Below, one piece after another: positions 39,923-49,616 of a stretch of DNA of 64,000 nucleotides. The translations under genes and the position numbers were made by a program. Under the pieces are notes generated by a model. It searched no databases and was not told the origin of the DNA. It saw nothing but the letters and a program-made list of their open reading frames with translations. The stretch lies in sequence record ON287370.1. One strand, 5' to 3'. Numbering within the stretch: the stretch's first letter is position 1; every line of letters begins with the position of its first letter.

Positions 39923-41503
39923 TTAAATACCTTTAGCAATGCCGATCTTTTTCAGTTCTTCATTGATGCTGTTGATGATCCCGATGTTCTTCTTACGGAA
40001 GTTCATAACTTGACCACGCCATGCTTCAAGGATACCGGACAGTTTAGGATGCTTGTTAATAAACAATGCATCATAATCCACATCCAGAGTAGAACGTTTA
40101 CGTTCACCACCATTTTCAGCACGAACTTCATCAATAGCTTCTGGAGGGAGAACCAAAGCTTCAGTATCCAAAATGTTCTTAACATCGCGACTGATATAAG
40201 CAAGCATCAGTTTATCAACTTTGTTAGCCCAGTTAACGATACCGGCAATAGAACGACGAACCTGAGAAACGATGGTAATCAGATATTCCAACTGACTGAT
40301 GTAACGAGTGATCAAACCAGAGTAAGCTGAGTAGCTTGCGGTAAGAACACCAGAACCTGGAGCAAATGCTTCAACAGCTTGTACCAACTCTGCATCTTTC
40401 ACTTCGATCAGCGATTTAAGATTAGCCAGTTGATTTGCATCGTAGCGTTTCTTAGAAGAGTTCAGCAGGATTTTACCAAGCTTGCTAGCTACGTTACGGT
40501 AGTCTTGATAAAACTCTTCATTCAGGCGTACTTTGGTAGTTGCTTCAATGGCAGCACGGTTTTGTTCCATGACGGCTTTGAAGTTGGTTTCAATACCAAT
40601 GTCACCCAGATCCAGACCCCAGACTTTCTTAACGATATCGGATACCATATCAGCCAGTGGTTTGGCATCAAGTTCTTCCAGAATCTCACGGTCAAGTGCA
40701 TGGCGATATTCAAGAATATCTGCTTCACTGAAAGTATCTTTGTTCTTGAAAGCTTGTTCCAGTTTACGAGTAGCCTGCTGATAACGACTTGCAGAACCAC
40801 GAGCACGCTGGCCAGCAGACAAGATAACTTCTTCAGCACGTTCCAGATCTTTATTTACATTAGTCAAAGCTTCTGCTTGTTGTAAAGTAGTTCTGTTTTT
40901 GTGTTGAATGATAGTGAATGCATCTTGAGCGGATAAGTTACCTGGGAGGGCAGCAAAGAGTTCTGGTGCATCAAGCTTGACACCATCTTCATTAGCCATC
41001 ATAGCCAGAAGTTTAGCCAACTTAACTTTAACAGAATCAGAGTACTCAGCAACAATGGCCAGTTCCTTCTCGGTCTTCTCGAAACCAAGCAAAGTACGAA
41101 CACGCAGAACGATCCAATCTACTACTGCAATGCAGAAACGTTTAACTGCTTTGATGATAGTGATGAAACCTTTCTTCAGAGTTTCCAGGAATGATTCAGC
41201 ACCTTTAACAGCATTGATGCGATCGTAACCAGGAACCAAACCTTCCACACCATCAATACGCAGAGCGCTGAATGCACTTTTACTCAGACGTTTGCTTTTG
41301 ATATATGCACGGCAGTTATCTACAACCTGTTGGAAGGACTCCTGACCAGTTGTACTATAAACGTCGTCCAGTGAGATGTATTCTTCCCCATCCTTACCAC
41401 GAGTAATGGTATCTACTTTATTAGTAGGTGTATGAGGAGCAAGCTGGAGTACAGACCCCAGCTCTACAGAATCATCATCTTTAACTTGTTTAACTTCAGA
41501 CAT
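39923..41503 (-). CDS. Internal head protein (phiKZ gp86-like)
   Basis: GQES, GVEG and GAES sites, then FLETLKKGFITIIKAVKRF amphipathic helix; synteny. Confidence 0.65.
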   Translation of the reverse strand: MSEVKQVKDDDSVELGSVLQLAPHTPTNKVDTITRGKDGEEYISLDDVYSTTGQESFQQVVDNCRAYIKSKRLSKSAFSALRIDGVEGLVPGYDRINAVKGAESFLETLKKGFITIIKAVKRFCIAVVDWIVLRVRTLLGFEKTEKELAIVAEYSDSVKVKLAKLLAMMANEDGVKLDAPELFAALPGNLSAQDAFTIIQHKNRTTLQQAEALTNVNKDLERAEEVILSAGQRARGSASRYQQATRKLEQAFKNKDTFSEADILEYRHALDREILEELDAKPLADMVSDIVKKVWGLDLGDIGIETNFKAVMEQNRAAIEATTKVRLNEEFYQDYRNVASKLGKILLNSSKKRYDANQLANLKSLIEVKDAELVQAVEAFAPGSGVLTASYSAYSGLITRYISQLEYLITIVSQVRRSIAGIVNWANKVDKLMLAYISRDVKNILDTEALVLPPEAIDEVRAENGGERKRSTLDVDYDALFINKHPKLSGILEAWRGQVMNFRKKNIGIINSINEELKKIGIAKGI

Positions 41504-41517
41504 GATGATTCCTTATA

Positions 41518-41952
41518 TTAAACGATCTGATCGGTTTCCATGAACTGAGGAAGCTTATAGTTAGCTTCATCAACTAACTGCTGGACCAGAGACTTATAAG
41601 TTTCCAGTTCAGTGTATTCCAAATCAGCTGGGTTCTCTACATAAGGAACGATCTGAATCTTTAGCACACAATCAGTGAAAGTGTGTTGCAGGAAGTTATC
41701 CAGATTGCGGAAGAAGTCACCGATGGTCTTCATAACGATCAGACCGTTAACAGGTGTGGTTTCATTCCAGTAACTCAGCACATAACGGTTAAACTCGATG
41801 CACTGTTCTTCATCCAGTTTATTGGAAGTGTTAACAGTAATCAGAGCTTTAACATAGGCAGTACGAGCGATAGCGATTTGAGTCTCAGGGTTAGTTACAC
41901 CCTCAGCGATCAGGTTCTGTTTCAGTTTTACAATGTGAGCTAAGTGACTCAT
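41518..41952 (-). CDS. Small head protein (phiKZ gp85 position)
   Basis: 144-aa ORF between gp84-like and gp86-like genes. Confidence 0.55.
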   Translation of the reverse strand: MSHLAHIVKLKQNLIAEGVTNPETQIAIARTAYVKALITVNTSNKLDEEQCIEFNRYVLSYWNETTPVNGLIVMKTIGDFFRNLDNFLQHTFTDCVLKIQIVPYVENPADLEYTELETYKSLVQQLVDEANYKLPQFMETDQIV

Positions 41953-41961
41953 GATAAATCC

Positions 41962-43305
41962 TTAAAAGGCATCTTTATAGATAGACAGAGAATGGGCAAC
42001 CAGTTCATCTGTATAGTGTTCAAACTCAGCGGCTTTGAAATCACTGCCAGAGAAGATCCAACCCAACAGACGTTGAACCGCAGTACCTTCAAAGAAAGGT
42101 TTGGATTCAGAGATCATTTCTTCCAACTCTTTAGCATCTTTCAGCATTTGAGCTTTGGTGCGGTTATCAATATATTTGGCACCATTCAGAGCGATGATCT
42201 GATCGCGTAGCAGGTTCTTCACTCGACGATAAGGGGAGTCGTAAAGTTCATTAGGGTTAACCATTGCGTGGGCATGGAGTAAACCTGACAGTACACCGAT
42301 AACTGCTGACAATACAGCGAATACTGGCATTACAGCAATAGCAGAAGCAATAGCAACGCTGGTCATAGAGATACTGAAACGTTTCAGGATATCACCATAG
42401 TCCAGAGCCAACAGAGCACCTACCAGTGCTTTAGGGACGCCGCAACGTACTGCGAACAGATCGGCATAGATTTCAGCACCACGGTCAGTTGCACCCAATG
42501 ACAGAGTACGACGAATATCGCGAGTGTTGATGGCTTTATCAAACATCACGATGATTTCCTGACCACCCATTTTATCCAGTTCTTCTACAGTTGGACGAGT
42601 AGTACATTCCAACTCGCTCAAAGTCTGGTGGATAATGGCGGAACGCTCTTTACCGTATTTGCGACCATCAATGACCATGCGAGCAGCAATAGCTGGCATA
42701 ATAGTGTCAATGACATTACGAGTTACAAACAGGAAGGAAGTAAAGATATGGCCTACTTCATGAAGCAGGAAGGCAGCGACACCTTCTGACATGGTGAGGT
42801 TATACCGACTCAGGATATTTGACTTCAAGAATGAATCGATATATTTGCTAGTATAAAGGGTAAAGGTAACTTTACTGTAATCGCCACCAACTTTACCTTT
42901 GGCTGTATCAACCCAACCCCTCAGTACATCAGTACGGAGACGACGGAATGCACGACCGATATTACTATCGGAAGGATTCATTACACCGTCAAGACCTTTA
43001 TTGTTGAATACGTGGTTAGGACTAAACCAACCAGAATCAACAGCCATGTTGTCAACGGTTTCAGATGGTGCACGAACATCGGTCTTAATACCAAAGGTAT
43101 TAAAGATAAGTTCTTCAATAGCGATGAGTGTATCACGTCCACCAGTAAAGGCAACGCGGTTACCATTTTCGGTAACTTCATCAACCAGGGTTTTATTGAA
43201 GATGCTAACCAAATCGAGGTAGCACTTCTGGTCCTGGTAATCCATAAATTCCACACCAGCTACGGTGATCGGCCGTGGCGGTTGAAGGAAATCGATTCCT
43301 AACAT
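41962..43305 (-). CDS. Virion protein (phiKZ gp84-like) with zincin HExxH motif and hydrophobic segment
   Basis: FLLHEVGH, EIYAD.FA.R.G and YDSP.RR motifs; AGVE site near the N-terminus; ATG 43305 with GGAG RBS. Confidence 0.7.
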   Translation of the reverse strand: MLGIDFLQPPRPITVAGVEFMDYQDQKCYLDLVSIFNKTLVDEVTENGNRVAFTGGRDTLIAIEELIFNTFGIKTDVRAPSETVDNMAVDSGWFSPNHVFNNKGLDGVMNPSDSNIGRAFRRLRTDVLRGWVDTAKGKVGGDYSKVTFTLYTSKYIDSFLKSNILSRYNLTMSEGVAAFLLHEVGHIFTSFLFVTRNVIDTIMPAIAARMVIDGRKYGKERSAIIHQTLSELECTTRPTVEELDKMGGQEIIVMFDKAINTRDIRRTLSLGATDRGAEIYADLFAVRCGVPKALVGALLALDYGDILKRFSISMTSVAIASAIAVMPVFAVLSAVIGVLSGLLHAHAMVNPNELYDSPYRRVKNLLRDQIIALNGAKYIDNRTKAQMLKDAKELEEMISESKPFFEGTAVQRLLGWIFSGSDFKAAEFEHYTDELVAHSLSIYKDAF

Positions 43306-43393
43306 ATGAGTAAAACTCCGGAGTAATTTAAAAGGGCAAGCTGAATAGTTTAGAAAATTCAACTTAAGACGTCATAACATTCGGGTATTTATA

Positions 43394-45133
43394 ATGACAG
43401 ATCAAACTGACAATCCAATTGTTGGGCGCGTTTGTAAACATGCTTACTTATCGTTCAACAAATTTATGGACGGTAATGATTTACTTACCGCCAAAATTAC
43501 CGATATCCATAAAGATGGAACTCGTAAAGATCGATTAGTAAAAATAGAAAACTTTAAACGTGACTTTTATATAGTCAAGAAGAAGTACCAGACTTTCCAA
43601 GATAAGCGAGATTACATCGAGATAGCTAAGTGTGATAAACACAGCTCCAATGAATCTCGTCTTGCAATGCAGATCAGTAAATGTCTATATGGTCGACCAG
43701 ATCGTAAAGCACAGATTGGTGAACTAAAGAATAGCCCTTATGTCTTTGGTTGTCAGGAAACTGTTCCGGTTATCTTTAAAGAACGGTTCTATAAGAAGTA
43801 TCCAGATCATCAACCACAGGAAGCTTATAAAGTAGCAGCATACGACGTTGAAACCTACATCAATCAAGATGGTTCAACTGGCTGCGTTAATATGGCTTCT
43901 ATTACCTGTGGCGATACAGTTTATTGGGCTGGGATACGTAGCTTCTTCCCTGGTGATGACGATGAAACTATTTATCGTAAACTGAATGAAGCAGCTGAAG
44001 AACATTTAAAAGAGTACATGGAAAAACACAAAGTTAAAATTGTGTTTGAACTCTATGATACTCCAGGTCAAGTTGTTTATAATAACATCCAAGCATTCCA
44101 CCGCATTGGTCCTGATTACATTGTTAGCTGGAACGCAAACTTTGATATGCAGGCCAACGAAGATGCTTTAACTAATGAAGGTTATAACTTAGCTGAAGTT
44201 TATAGTGATCCTGAAGTACCTGAGCCTTATCGTGATTACTTCTACTTTAAAGGTCGTGAGTTCAAGACTAAGGTTGATGGATCTAAATCCCCATTAGAAG
44301 CACAAGAACGTTTTCCTGTTTTACAAGCACCTGCTAAATGGCAGTGGTTTGATGGGATGTCTTTCTATGCAATTAAACGTGCTCCTGGTGGTAAGAAGGA
44401 ATCTTACTCTTTGCAGAACACAGCTAAGGCTGAAGGGGTGGAAGGTAAGTTATATACTCCAGAGGCAGATCATCTTCAAGCAGGTTCTACTGAATGGCAC
44501 AAGTTCATGCAGAAGAACTTCCCTTATATCTACGCAATGTATAACATTCGAGATAACTGGGTAATTGAGGATCTTAACCGTGTAACTAATGACTACTCTC
44601 TGTCATTACCTTCTCTGATTACTTCTTCTGAACTTCGTTCATATCAGTCACAGCCTTCAATGATTTCTGATAAGTTATCATTCATTGCTTTGGAACATGG
44701 ATATGTTTGGGGTACTGTAGGTCGTAAGAAGGAAGATGTCTGGAAAGAGATCAAACCAGATCTTCGTGACTGGATCGCTCTGCTGCACGCTGAGCTTAAT
44801 GAAGATAAAGGCAAGCCAATCTATGCAGGTCTTCCTTCATGGCGTTCTCGTGGTCGTGGTGATACGGATGATATCGACGTAACTGGTGCTTATCCTCACA
44901 TTACAGTTTCACTTAATGTATCCAACAAAACAACTAAGTTGGAAGTTTGTGAGATTGAAGGTCTGGATCGTTTCGAGTTCCGTCGTGTTGGTGTGAACTA
45001 TGCATCATCTCCAATCGCTAACGCAGTTACACTGTGCAATACTATTTACGGTATGCCTCAGTTGACTGAGATCAATAGTTTCTATGAAGAGTCTGTAATT
45101 CCATTCATCAAAGAGGCTAAGAAAGCAGCATAA
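43394..45133 (+). CDS. Split family-B DNA polymerase, exonuclease-containing part (phiKZ gp82-like)
   Basis: ExoI YDVET, ExoII SWNANFD, ExoIII YNIRD and pol motif A-like DIDVTGAYP; the ORF ends before motif C. Confidence 0.85.
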   Translation: MTDQTDNPIVGRVCKHAYLSFNKFMDGNDLLTAKITDIHKDGTRKDRLVKIENFKRDFYIVKKKYQTFQDKRDYIEIAKCDKHSSNESRLAMQISKCLYGRPDRKAQIGELKNSPYVFGCQETVPVIFKERFYKKYPDHQPQEAYKVAAYDVETYINQDGSTGCVNMASITCGDTVYWAGIRSFFPGDDDETIYRKLNEAAEEHLKEYMEKHKVKIVFELYDTPGQVVYNNIQAFHRIGPDYIVSWNANFDMQANEDALTNEGYNLAEVYSDPEVPEPYRDYFYFKGREFKTKVDGSKSPLEAQERFPVLQAPAKWQWFDGMSFYAIKRAPGGKKESYSLQNTAKAEGVEGKLYTPEADHLQAGSTEWHKFMQKNFPYIYAMYNIRDNWVIEDLNRVTNDYSLSLPSLITSSELRSYQSQPSMISDKLSFIALEHGYVWGTVGRKKEDVWKEIKPDLRDWIALLHAELNEDKGKPIYAGLPSWRSRGRGDTDDIDVTGAYPHITVSLNVSNKTTKLEVCEIEGLDRFEFRRVGVNYASSPIANAVTLCNTIYGMPQLTEINSFYEESVIPFIKEAKKAA

Positions 45134-45156
45134 AAAAAATAAGTAACTAAGTTAAC

Positions 45157-45182
45157 CCTCTACCTCCAAATGGAGGTAGAGG
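45157..45182. terminator. Bidirectional terminator hairpin
   Basis: CCTCTACCTCC...GGAGGTAGAGG between convergent genes. Confidence 0.8.
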
Positions 45183-45188
45183 TAGTTA

Positions 45189-45341
45189 TTACATCAAGCC
45201 AAACTGTTCAACCAGTAGACGATCTTTCTCTCGCTGAACTGTTCTTTCCTTCCAGTTGGTCTGACGACCTTCTTCGAAGTTATAATAATACAGATGTGGT
45301 GATTGTATGCGAGCAACAGCCGCAGCGTAATTTTCAAACAT
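45189..45341 (-). CDS. Small hypothetical early protein
   Basis: ATG 45341 with GAGGT RBS, downstream of the promoter motif. Confidence 0.45.
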   Translation of the reverse strand: MFENYAAAVARIQSPHLYYYNFEEGRQTNWKERTVQREKDRLLVEQFGLM

Positions 45342-45410
45342 GAGTTGATACCTCAGTTTATAATTGATGAACTGGATGCTGTAACATCCAGGTAATAACA
45401 TTATTGCTAT

Positions 45411-45437
45411 TACACTTTAATTATATATGTCTGAAAA
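45411..45437 (-). promoter_or_regulatory. Putative early promoter
   Basis: TTTTCAGACATATATAATTAAAGTGTA on the minus strand. Confidence 0.6.
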
Positions 45438-45456
45438 ATAATGTGAATAAAGCATG

Positions 45457-45487
45457 CCCCTACCCACTCCGAGAGGAGGGGTAGGGG
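45457..45487 (-). terminator. Terminator hairpin (CCCTAC family)
   Basis: CCCCTACCCACTCC-GAGA-GGAGGGGTAGGGG. Confidence 0.8.
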
Positions 45488-45496
45488 TTATGTTTG

Positions 45497-46054
45497 TTAT
45501 TCGAGTGCTGTCAGGTGATACTCACCATCCATTGCCGCTTGATGAATCACTGCATTGACCACACTGTACAGATCTTCGGCGCGGTCGATAAAGCCTTCAT
45601 GAGGGATGTTAGCTACCACCACCCCATTAACACGAACCCGGTACATTTGAATCGCCTGTTTGGTTTCACGACGTTTCTGAATATCGATACTACCTGATAC
45701 ATAGGTTGGATGAACCATACCAGTTGGACCACCCAGAATGTGAGACGTAATGTCATCCACCTTCTGCAAGATATCTTTACCCACGATACGAGTAAGGCTT
45801 TCAATTACCATATCAAGAGAAACACCTTTGCTATGGAGTATGATCCCTTTACGTTTACCATTGGCATAAACCACATAGGTTTTACCAGAACGTTCCAGAG
45901 CGGTTTTAAAGGACCATGTCCCTGGAGGGGTGACCTTAACTACCAAAGAAATGTCATCATTGACTTCAATGGAATAATCTTCAGGGCCTGCCTTGTTGAT
46001 GGACTCAAGAATTTCTTCTGCCAAGGCTACAATGTTTTCTTTATTGACTAACAT
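45497..46054 (-). CDS. Hypothetical early protein
   Basis: 185 aa; AAGGAAG RBS; has its own promoter motif and terminator. Confidence 0.65.
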   Translation of the reverse strand: MLVNKENIVALAEEILESINKAGPEDYSIEVNDDISLVVKVTPPGTWSFKTALERSGKTYVVYANGKRKGIILHSKGVSLDMVIESLTRIVGKDILQKVDDITSHILGGPTGMVHPTYVSGSIDIQKRRETKQAIQMYRVRVNGVVVANIPHEGFIDRAEDLYSVVNAVIHQAAMDGEYHLTALE

Positions 46055-46106
46055 ATTTTCTTCCTTTTATTGGTGAGGTTTACTACTTAATAAATTTGTT
46101 TCCTTA

Positions 46107-46133
46107 TACACTCTAATAATATCTACTTGAAAA
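46107..46133 (-). promoter_or_regulatory. Putative early promoter
   Basis: TTTTCAAGTAGATATTATTAGAGTGTA on the minus strand. Confidence 0.65.
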
Positions 46134-46152
46134 CATATAGACAACATAAAAA

Positions 46153-46183
46153 CCCCTACCCCTTCCTTGCGGAGGGAGTAGGG
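46153..46183 (-). terminator. Terminator hairpin (CCCTAC family)
   Basis: CCCTACCCCTTCC...GGAGGGAGTAGGG, with TTTTT tail on the minus strand. Confidence 0.75.
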
Positions 46184-46189
46184 AGTTTA

Positions 46190-46732
46190 TTAACGGTAGA
46201 CGTAATTAGTCAGACGTTGTTTAGTGATCGGATCAAACATGCTAGTGAACTTAACCATGTCGTAGTTAGCCAGGAAACGTTGGCGGTTACGTGCATTGTC
46301 AGACAGCATGGTGATGAACAGCATGAAACGCTTATAACGTTCCACTTCAACTTTGTTCAGTTGAGATTCGATGCTACGCAGCGGAGCCAGCACCTGACTA
46401 TAATCAAAGACATCGCGGTTCTCTGCGATGGTCAGCAAGAAGTGATCCAGAATGATCTTAACTTGATTATCAGACAGGCGCAACATAGCCGGCACAGAGT
46501 TGAAGAAAGTACGTTGGAACTTCTGACGTTCTTCGAGGGTACCTGAAGAGATATTACCTTTCAGGAAATCAGCGAACTCAGTGATGTTCTTCTTGTACAG
46601 ATCTTCGGCACTCATCTGCATGTTAACAGAGCTTACACCCAGTACACGGTCAGCTTGTGCTTCATCTTTAACTTGTTTAACAACGGTATTTTCACGTTTC
46701 TCCAACTTAGGAGGTTCGTAGGAGTTACCCAT
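46190..46732 (-). CDS. Conserved phiKZ-like hypothetical/virion protein
   Basis: 180 aa, helical; strong codon bias; AAAGGA RBS. Confidence 0.6.
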   Translation of the reverse strand: MGNSYEPPKLEKRENTVVKQVKDEAQADRVLGVSSVNMQMSAEDLYKKNITEFADFLKGNISSGTLEERQKFQRTFFNSVPAMLRLSDNQVKIILDHFLLTIAENRDVFDYSQVLAPLRSIESQLNKVEVERYKRFMLFITMLSDNARNRQRFLANYDMVKFTSMFDPITKQRLTNYVYR

Positions 46733-46737
46733 GATCT

Positions 46738-47133
46738 TTATCCTTTACTCTTTTGAGCTAAAGCAATGGCGGCCTTCTGAGGGTCACCATTACCACCTTG
46801 TCGAGTAGCTTCACGTTTGACGGCGTCCATCTTAGCTTTAATAGCAGCTTGCTCGCCTTCAACTAAGCCTTCAATGAAGTCCTCTATAAAATCCACAGGC
46901 ATTTCAAGATAATCTTTGAAAGGCATGAATTTACTATATTCCCTTACCCCGAACGTATGGCCAATTATCTTTGCGGACCATGGGTGGAAGAAATCCCTGG
47001 TATTGGTGTTATACCGCAAATGGGAACTCATCGATTCCTGTTCAGAGATATACCCATATTTAATCATGAAAAGCCGTCTTTCCAAGACGGCTAATTTAAC
47101 ATGATCTTTTTCTTTGGCTGCTGCAATGAACAA
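46738..47133 (-). CDS. Putative baseplate hub assembly catalyst (T4 gp51-like)
   Basis: Short ORF with a F..YLEMP..FIE pattern, directly after the gp26-like gene. Confidence 0.4.
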   Translation of the reverse strand: MFIAAAKEKDHVKLAVLERRLFMIKYGYISEQESMSSHLRYNTNTRDFFHPWSAKIIGHTFGVREYSKFMPFKDYLEMPVDFIEDFIEGLVEGEQAAIKAKMDAVKREATRQGGNGDPQKAAIALAQKSKG

Positions 47134-47177
47134 CTCACTGCAACGGTTCAGAACACGAGGGTCTAAATCAGAGTCAC

Positions 47178-48791
47178 TTAAGAAAGACCGTCCTCTTGTA
47201 AACTCTGCTGACCGGTTCTGATTGAGATCATCATTCGGGTATGGGCGAAAAAATTCAGAATAGGATCGATTGGGGTAAACGAGTGGAGTTCTTCCTGATC
47301 TTTACCTTCTGACTTCTTCTTACAGTTAGGGCATTCATCGTCACAAATACCGACAAAGGTATAGGACATGCGAGGAGCGATGGTGATAACTTTCTCCAGG
47401 GCACGATAATACATTTGATCGTCTTTGTTGAAGATATCCATCAGACCTTCATCGAACTCTTTCGGGTTCTCTTCACGATAGATAACTTCTTTGGTACCTT
47501 CTGCTTCAGCCGGTGGATCGAACTCCATGGCACGGAACCATTGGATATATTCATGACCGCGCATCTGAGCAAGATACTCACGACGTTTTTCATCAAACAC
47601 TTTCGGGTTAGCGAATTTAACAGCCAGCTCACGTAACTCAGGGTTAATACGAGCAGCCATCTCATCATAAGCCATAAAGTACTCAGAGATATAAGGTACA
47701 TCAATAATCAGACGACCATTACCTTCAGTGAGTTCTACTTTATTATCCAGCACGTTACCTTCTTTGTCTTTATAGACAGGAGGGTTGTTAGCCAGATCTT
47801 CAGGAGATAACTTCAGACCTTCGTTAACCAGTTTGAACAGAAGAGTACGACGTTCTTCTGGTTGATCTTCTTCAACATACAGAAGCATGTTAGCTGGATC
47901 AATAACGCTGTTAGCAGACCAACCACATTTATTAGCTAGACAGTTCATGCGGAAAGTCACACCTTTAGGAGAAGTGATTTTCAACATAGCTTGGGCCATG
48001 TGGTTAATGTCGTTAGCCAGGATATAATTCTTCAGCTGAATTGGATCATCAATACCTTTAACACTATGGTAGCTGACACGATCCAACATGAAGTCAATCA
48101 GAATCTGACTGATACCAGCACGTTCCAAGTGAATGGAAGTTTGGTTATAATGCTCACCGTACATGTGAAGCTTAGTAGCCACATCGTTGATCAGTCGAAC
48201 CAGATCCAGTGGGGTAGGGATCTTAACGCGCAGGAAGATCAATGAGTTAGCCAAGATGACGTTAAAGCTATCTGGAGATCCCGATGCTTTCAGGAAGGTG
48301 CGACGCATACGTTCACGCACACCCATTTCACTCTTAACGGTAGGAGTGATAGCTGAGATCAAACCTAAACGACCACCATTCTTAAGAGGAACAGTGTTGA
48401 CCAGTTTACGATCACGCACTACATCTACTGTAGCATTACGGACCAGACCACGATCGAAACCATTGAAGTAGAAACGGAAGTAGTTGGTAAGCATGTTACC
48501 AAGCAGTTCTTCTTCCACACCTTCAAAGTGAGCTTCACGGAGTTCTTCAAAACGATCTTTCAGAACGTTGGCTTGACGTTCTTCACCAGCAGCAGCTGCA
48601 TCACGCCAACCCAGGAAAGCCACTGCAGTTTTGTAGATGGCTTCATGTTCTTCTTTCAGAGTACCGACGAAGAGTGGGAGTGAAGGATCGTAGTCATCTG
48701 CTGGACCAACGAGAGCATTAGTAAGCGTAATGATTGCTGCTTCCTTGTTCACGTTTTCCTGCATTTCAGTTTGAGGAATATTCTCAGACAT
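47178..48791 (-). CDS. Putative baseplate hub assembly protein (T4 gp26-like family)
   Basis: 537 aa; two Cys pairs (CLANKC, CPNC) and C-terminal PID..L.FF; conserved position. Confidence 0.5.
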   Translation of the reverse strand: MSENIPQTEMQENVNKEAAIITLTNALVGPADDYDPSLPLFVGTLKEEHEAIYKTAVAFLGWRDAAAAGEERQANVLKDRFEELREAHFEGVEEELLGNMLTNYFRFYFNGFDRGLVRNATVDVVRDRKLVNTVPLKNGGRLGLISAITPTVKSEMGVRERMRRTFLKASGSPDSFNVILANSLIFLRVKIPTPLDLVRLINDVATKLHMYGEHYNQTSIHLERAGISQILIDFMLDRVSYHSVKGIDDPIQLKNYILANDINHMAQAMLKITSPKGVTFRMNCLANKCGWSANSVIDPANMLLYVEEDQPEERRTLLFKLVNEGLKLSPEDLANNPPVYKDKEGNVLDNKVELTEGNGRLIIDVPYISEYFMAYDEMAARINPELRELAVKFANPKVFDEKRREYLAQMRGHEYIQWFRAMEFDPPAEAEGTKEVIYREENPKEFDEGLMDIFNKDDQMYYRALEKVITIAPRMSYTFVGICDDECPNCKKKSEGKDQEELHSFTPIDPILNFFAHTRMMISIRTGQQSLQEDGLS

Positions 48792-48823
48792 GTTAATACC
48801 TTATATAAGGATGAGTGAGTGAA

Positions 48824-49579
48824 TTAAACCTGTGGGACAAATGGAGCTTCATCCGCACCAGACAGGTGTTGTTCTGCTTCTGCTGCTTCGCGTTGTTCCT
48901 TTTCAACTTTAGCATCGTGCAGTTTCAGTTCCGCCAGGTATTTGTAAGCAACTGCTTGCAGAGCACGCATACGGCGTTCTTCTGGAGAACCTTCGGTGAT
49001 TTCCAGAGACATACGGGAAATCGCTTCTTCCATGATCAGGCTATGTTTTTCCATACGTGCAACTTCACCGTACAGATCTTCAGAGATATTAGCCAGGTTG
49101 GTACCGATATCGAATGCTTCAGTTTCGATAGCCACATCATCACGTTGATCTTCAGGAGTCTGGTTCATGTACTCCAGGCGACCAATACGGCTGTCGAAGT
49201 TCATCAGTACACGAGAGATGTCATCCAGAGGGATCTGAACTTCATGTTGCATTGCACCAGAGTCAGCCAGAGTTTTACCCAGGGTTACGTAGCAGTACAG
49301 TTTGAATACCTGACCAATCGCTTCTTTAATACCCTTAATCATATCAGTTGAGTTCTTAAACTCGGACTGAACTTGTTTACGCTTGTTGATATCCAACACT
49401 GCATTTTCCAAAACAGTATCGAAATCAGCAATACGACCATCAGCATTCAGTGCGCCACGAAGCTGGCGATGTTTGATGGCTTGAGGTGTCGCTTTAGCTT
49501 TTGCTACAGATTTTGCTTTGGCTTTAGCACGAGCAGTACGTTTAGCAGCTTTAGCTTGAGCAATGTTTTTCTTGGACAT
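48824..49579 (-). CDS. Hypothetical coiled-coil protein with Lys/Ala-rich N-terminus
   Basis: Start reassigned to ATG 49579 (MSKKNIAQAKAAKRTARAKAKAK; AAGGG RBS). Confidence 0.65.
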   Translation of the reverse strand: MSKKNIAQAKAAKRTARAKAKAKSVAKAKATPQAIKHRQLRGALNADGRIADFDTVLENAVLDINKRKQVQSEFKNSTDMIKGIKEAIGQVFKLYCYVTLGKTLADSGAMQHEVQIPLDDISRVLMNFDSRIGRLEYMNQTPEDQRDDVAIETEAFDIGTNLANISEDLYGEVARMEKHSLIMEEAISRMSLEITEGSPEERRMRALQAVAYKYLAELKLHDAKVEKEQREAAEAEQHLSGADEAPFVPQV

Positions 49580-49616
49580 GTTATGAACCCTTTTAATATA
49601 AGTGATAGGTAAACCT

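Noticed and set aside
43394-45133. DNA polymerase as a truncated pseudogene
   Set aside because: A split family-B polymerase is the normal state in phiKZ-like phages; the other part is expected outside this window.
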